Below, piece after piece: positions 59,191-64,000 of a stretch of 64,000 nt of DNA; the first letter of the stretch is position 1; every line of letters begins with the position of its first letter. The stretch spans positions 22,258,001-22,322,000 of the forward strand of contig NC_073401.1 in assembly GCF_028641065.1 (NCBI RefSeq), in the 5' to 3' direction. This DNA comes from Leucoraja erinacea. Taxonomy: Eukaryota. A model generated the notes under the pieces. That model was not told where the DNA came from. It worked only from the letters and a program-made list of their open reading frames with translations, and ran no database searches. Both the position numbers and the translations under genes were made by a program.

Positions 59191-62100
59191 GGCACTGGTT
59201 ATTGATTGGGGGACGATCAGCCATGATCGCAATGAATGGCGGTGCTGGCTCGAAGGGCCGAATGGCCTCCTTCTGCACCTAGTTTCTATGTTTCTATGTT
59301 TCTATGAAAAGATTCAGAACAAATGAGACCCGACATCGACGATCAGGGAAAGGTGGAGCTCACAATGAACAACCAGGACACTGGGGGAACGGGAGAAAAA
59401 GGCATGGCCGGGAAGACTCAAATGTTTGCTGTTGGCTCCGTCAGAAAAATTACATGCCGCAGAAGAAATTGAGAAGAAATTGGGCATGATCATGGCTGCT
59501 CGAGAGTAATCGGAATTGGTTCCTTTGAACAGGGAAGGTATAATGGCGATTTGAATGAGGGACATAGTCCGCTCACCCAACCTATATCCAAGTCACCCTA
59601 CAACCCCATACCACCTTCCTCACACCTCACACTGTCACCCAGCTTTGTGTCACCCGCAAACTTGGAAATGTTACTTATAATTCCCTAATCAAGATCGTTA
59701 ATATACATTATAAATAACTGGGGATCCAGCACTGAGCCTTGCGACACCCCACTGGTCACTGACTGCCATTCTGAAAAGGACCCATTAATTCCTTCTCTTT
59801 GCTTCCTGCCAGCCAACCAGTTCCTTATCCATGTCAATACCCTACTCCCAATACCATGTGCTCTAATTGTTCACACTCATCTCTTGTGTGGGACCTTGTC
59901 AAAGGATTTTTGAAAGTACAGATACAAACGTGGGAGGTTTTGCAGATAGTGGAGATGGTTTTGAAAAAGTGCAGCAGGATCTGGATCAATTGGCCAGGTA
60001 GGCTGAGGAATGGTTGATGGAATATAATGCAGAGAAATGTGAAGTGTTTTATTTTGGGAAGCTTAACATGGGTAGGACCTATGCAGTCGAGGTAGATCGG
60101 GTGGTCAAAAAGGCTTTTGGCACATTGGCCTTCATCAGCCCGTGTAATGAATATAGAGATTGGGAGGTCTTGTTGCAGATGTATAAGACGTTGGTGACAT
60201 CACATTTAGATTATTGTGTTCAGTTTGGGCACCATCCTATAGGAAAGATTTCGACAAGCTGGAAAGGGTACAGAGAAGGTTTTCGAGGATGTTGCCGTGA
60301 CTAGAGGGTTTGAGGTATAGGGAGGGGTTGAATAGGCTGGGACTCTATTCCTTGGAGCGCAAGAAGATGAGAGGAAATCTTATAGAGGTGTATAGGGTCG
60401 TGAGAGGAATAGATCGGGTAGATGCACAGTCCCTTGTCCAGAGTAGGTGAATCGAGGACCAGGTTTATGGTGACAGGGCAAAGATTCTATAGGAATCTGA
60501 GGGGTAACTTTTTCTCAGAGAGGGTGGTGGGTGTATGGAACAAGCAGCCAGAGGAGGTAGTTGTGCCAGGGACTATCCCAACGTTTAACAAAACAGTTAG
60601 ACATGTACATGGATATGACAGATTTGGAGGGATATGGACCCAATACGGGCAGGTGGGACTAGTGTAGATGGGACATGTTGGCCGATGTGGGAAAGGTGGG
60701 CCGAAGGGCCTGTTTCCACTCTCTATGATTCTATGACTCCCTTTGTCTCTATGGGGCATCATGCAGCTTCTGCGGATCGGCGTTTGGGGAGGTAATAATG
60801 AGCAGCCATGAGCCAGTGCAATCTTTCGCGTGTTCACGTTGCAAAGTTTAAAACGTGCAGCAGTGAGAGAAGGATGAGAACGGTGAGAGCAGGGACCAGT
60901 GTAAATAAACATTAGGTAAACTTGCTAGTCGTAGTGACATGCCAACGTTCAGAGTGGCTTATGCGCGCAATTACAGCTCATTCTGTAGATGGTACATATT
61001 GTAGTCACTTTAGTTTAATTTGGAGATACAGCGCCTAAACAGGCCCTTCTACCCACTGATCACCAGTCCCCGCACATTAACATGATCCTACACACTTTAG
61101 GGACAATATATAATTTGCCCAAGCCAATGAACCTACCAATCTGTCTTTGTAGTGTGGGAGGAAACCGGAGCTACCAGGGAAATCCCAGGCAGGTCATGGG
61201 GAAAACGTAGTGGTGAAAGGATGAACGGTTAAGTTAATGGATCGCTGACCAGTCATGTTCACTGCTAAACTAATCTAGTTTAATGACACTTTAAGGACAA
61301 TTATTCGTGGTAATTCTTTTTCTCACCCGCTATTTCCCGAAAACCGCTCTTCGCGTTTGTCCCTTGTCAGTTTTGCCAGATAGCTGGAGTGCTCGTGTTC
61401 TATTCAACTTTAATTGAATATGGATGTGCTGTGTGTAGAATTCCTGTCGTCCAGTCGTACTACAAAGTCGAAATAACTCTGGAAGTGGTCGGTGAGAGTC
61501 AATATGACCCCTTTTACTTCACTCATACATGCATTAATTTGCTACAGGCAACCGTTCAACTTTGAGTCGAGGCAAGTTTCGTGAATTACTGCGCATTACA
61601 ATACGAGAGTATCACAGACCGCTTTTCCAAGCGCGACACACATCGGGTAGTCTAAGTTGCCTCCAAAACTGCAACTTTACTGACATCTGTAGTGATGTTC
61701 TGTCTCCCCAGGTCCTTTCTAAATGATCTGATACACAAGTAGAAGGGCAGTCTGTGGGGTTAATTATTTCTAAAATGACAAAGATATCTAAATATAGATT
61801 TAATGTGCTTTTTAAATAAAATAATGCTGATGCTGTGACTGTTATCATGTTATGTTCAGCGATACGGAGGTAGACAAAAATGTTGGAGGAACTCAGCGGG
61901 TGAGGGAGCGAAGGAAATCAGCGATACGGATTCAGTTGGTCCTTTTAGATAAAATATTTCCATTCCGTTTTCATTGTTGATTAAACAGTTACCGAATATA
62001 ATATTTAAAACTCGCAATCTGTTTAGTGTATATATGCGGGGGGTTCATACAGAACATTATAGATTATTTATTTATAAAGAAGGGACAACTGTGACAACCC

Positions 62101-62357
62101 TTTTCATTCTGCTGGATGTATGAAGCTTTTTAGAAACACAAGTCTCTAAAATAAGACCTGCGTGTTTCACAGGGGCGAATATTTTGAGGAAGAATCTGGC
62201 AATTTCTGATTGGCTTCGACGAGCATACCGGTTTGATTGGTTTGGATAATTAAACACACGGTGACATATCGTCATTCCATTTATAAATAGAGCCAGAGAG
62301 CAAGATTACACGCCACTTGTCCTGGAAACTGCCGCCCCATCGGAGCTCAGTCGGGTA

Positions 62358-64000
62358 ATGAACATGTCTTATTGGATCCGTGTGGTCGGTGCGTTGGTGT
62401 TTTGCGCAGTTTGTGAGTATTTTACTTTCCTGGATATTATACTTATTTCTGTTCACCATTAATTTGGGATTATCTCCCACACTTCAACAAACTTAATATT
62501 TTCTCTTTTTTTCTGATATTTCTCCTTTCTCAGACTTAAGCGCGGCTGTTACAGTAACTCAGCCGCCTTCGATGTCCACCTCTACGGGACAGAACATACA
62601 AATACCCTGCACCATATCGGGTACCAGTTCAGGCGCTAACTATGTCTCGTGGTACCAACAGATTCCTGGCAAAACTCCCAAGTATCTATTCGGCCATACT
62701 ACCGGCGGCAGCATTTATAAAGGCACGGACATTCCAGACCGTTTTTCCATCTCGGTGTCAGGCAGCTCTGTAACATTCGCAATATCTAGCGTTCAATCGG
62801 TGGATGCTGCTGACTATTACTGTGCCAAATGGGATAGTGGTTTACATTTCGGTAAAGGAACGAGGCTGGGTATTGGCGGTAAGTAAAATATATTCTTCGA
62901 ACAGCGCGCTGTTTTCTTTTTATTTTAATGCAGATATTGTTTGATTTAATGTCCTGAGTTCACATGATACGTGATTGGGCCAGTTGTATTTCAGTGCAGA
63001 TGGTGCGATCTTGCTGTACAGATGTTCCGAGTTCACTTGGACATAACTCAGTGAAATGACTGGGAAAGCGAGCTAATGCTTTGTCTTGAGCTTCGTTCAC
63101 TAACTTGCGGAAATATTTGCAGTGATTGTCCAGATATGAAAGGAAATTGCTTGGGTAACGGGGTTCACCAACGTCAATATTCAACACTGTCAAAAATCCG
63201 GTTGACGGGTTGAACAAGGATATCAAAATGCCAAATGCGAAAGGAGAAAGTTTCGCACATTTCCTTCAGAAATTGTGTTTAATACGTAGAGCAGCTTTTC
63301 GTGGACGCAGCCGTGTATTTCACATTTAAATGAACATTCGAACTACAATGTAATTCTTGCTTGTGAACTATATCTGCGAATCGGTGACCGTGGCCTTCGA
63401 AGACTAGTTTCCATATATTTTTGCCGAACATAAATGGCGTCACGCTCCATCTCAATGGGTGCCGACAATTAAATAAGTTTAAATCTGTTATTATAAATGT
63501 CGCGACCGCGAATCGTTTATATCTGCTGATATATTTAAATAAATGTAAACCCGGAAATGTGTAGTAAAATGAACATTATAAAAGTTATAATAATGTATTC
63601 AGTTTTATAAAATACTGCAGCCATGATCTATCACAGATGGTTTCCCGGTGTTTATACAGAGGGTAGACAGGATCTATTTTAGTTGCTTTCACGCACTTTA
63701 TTTATTGTTCACCCAATTAAAATAAACACACTATAATGGTTTGAAAAAGGTCGAGAATAAAACGACATTTCTATAAATGAATAAATGAGTGCTTTAATGA
63801 GATGTATTTTCGGTAAATAATGATATCTCAACGACAGCATTTCTCCAATTAAATGTGACTTCTTATTAAACAGATCCTCGGGCACCGATCGTGACGGTCC
63901 TGCCGCCTTCAGCCGATGAAGTTACCTCAAAGGGCACCGCCACCCTGGTGTGTTTGGTGAACGGCTTTAATCCGGGCTCGGTCGCCGTTGAATGGAGCGT
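62358..64000 (+). CDS. IgL: Immunoglobulin light chain, germline-joined VJ, copy 3 (L 62358-62412, VJ 62534-62878, C from 63874, truncated by window end)
   Basis: Same structure; CDR2 region GHTTGGSI; C exon open as far as visible (..VAVEWS). Confidence 0.93.

Larger units (their letters stand above)
38393..64000 (+). repeat. Tandem segmental array of IgL-containing units (approx. 38393-50338, 50339-60165, 60166 to window end)
   Basis: Collinear repeats of genes, introns and embedded TE fragments; gene offsets are 12708 and 9421 nt (the latter spans a 100-N gap). Confidence 0.92.

Overview
Eukaryotic, intron-rich and repeat-rich DNA, inferred to be from a cartilaginous fish (probably a skate or ray). 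The inference rests on CR1 LINEs with (TTTCTATG)n tails, V-SINE/HE1-like SINEs and cluster-type germline-joined immunoglobulin light-chain genes. Left half (minus strand, 2477-29345): an 11-exon type II C-type lectin receptor that the ORF track shows only in fragments. I assembled it by hand from splice sites and phases: 371 aa, with a Tyr-free cytoplasmic tail, a TM segment, a 176-aa coiled-coil neck built from six phase-1/1 exons, and a Ca2+-type CTLD with QPD and WND motifs. A seventh neck-like exon has lost its donor. Right half (plus strand, from ~38.4 kb): a tandem array of ~10-13 kb units, each carrying an intact L-VJ-C light-chain gene already V-J joined in the germline with no RSS. 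There are three copies, the third running off the window. The copies are nearly identical except in the CDRs, mainly CDR2, where non-synonymous and tandem substitutions cluster, and they show a gene-conversion-like mosaic. Other content: CR1, Rex1/Babar, RTEX and L2 LINE fragments, V-SINEs, non-autonomous Helitrons (including head-to-tail dimers), a Harbinger-like MITE, Penelope-type hairpin elements with minimal hammerhead-ribozyme cores, and two assembly gaps. All alignments and counts were done by eye; TE boundaries are approximate.
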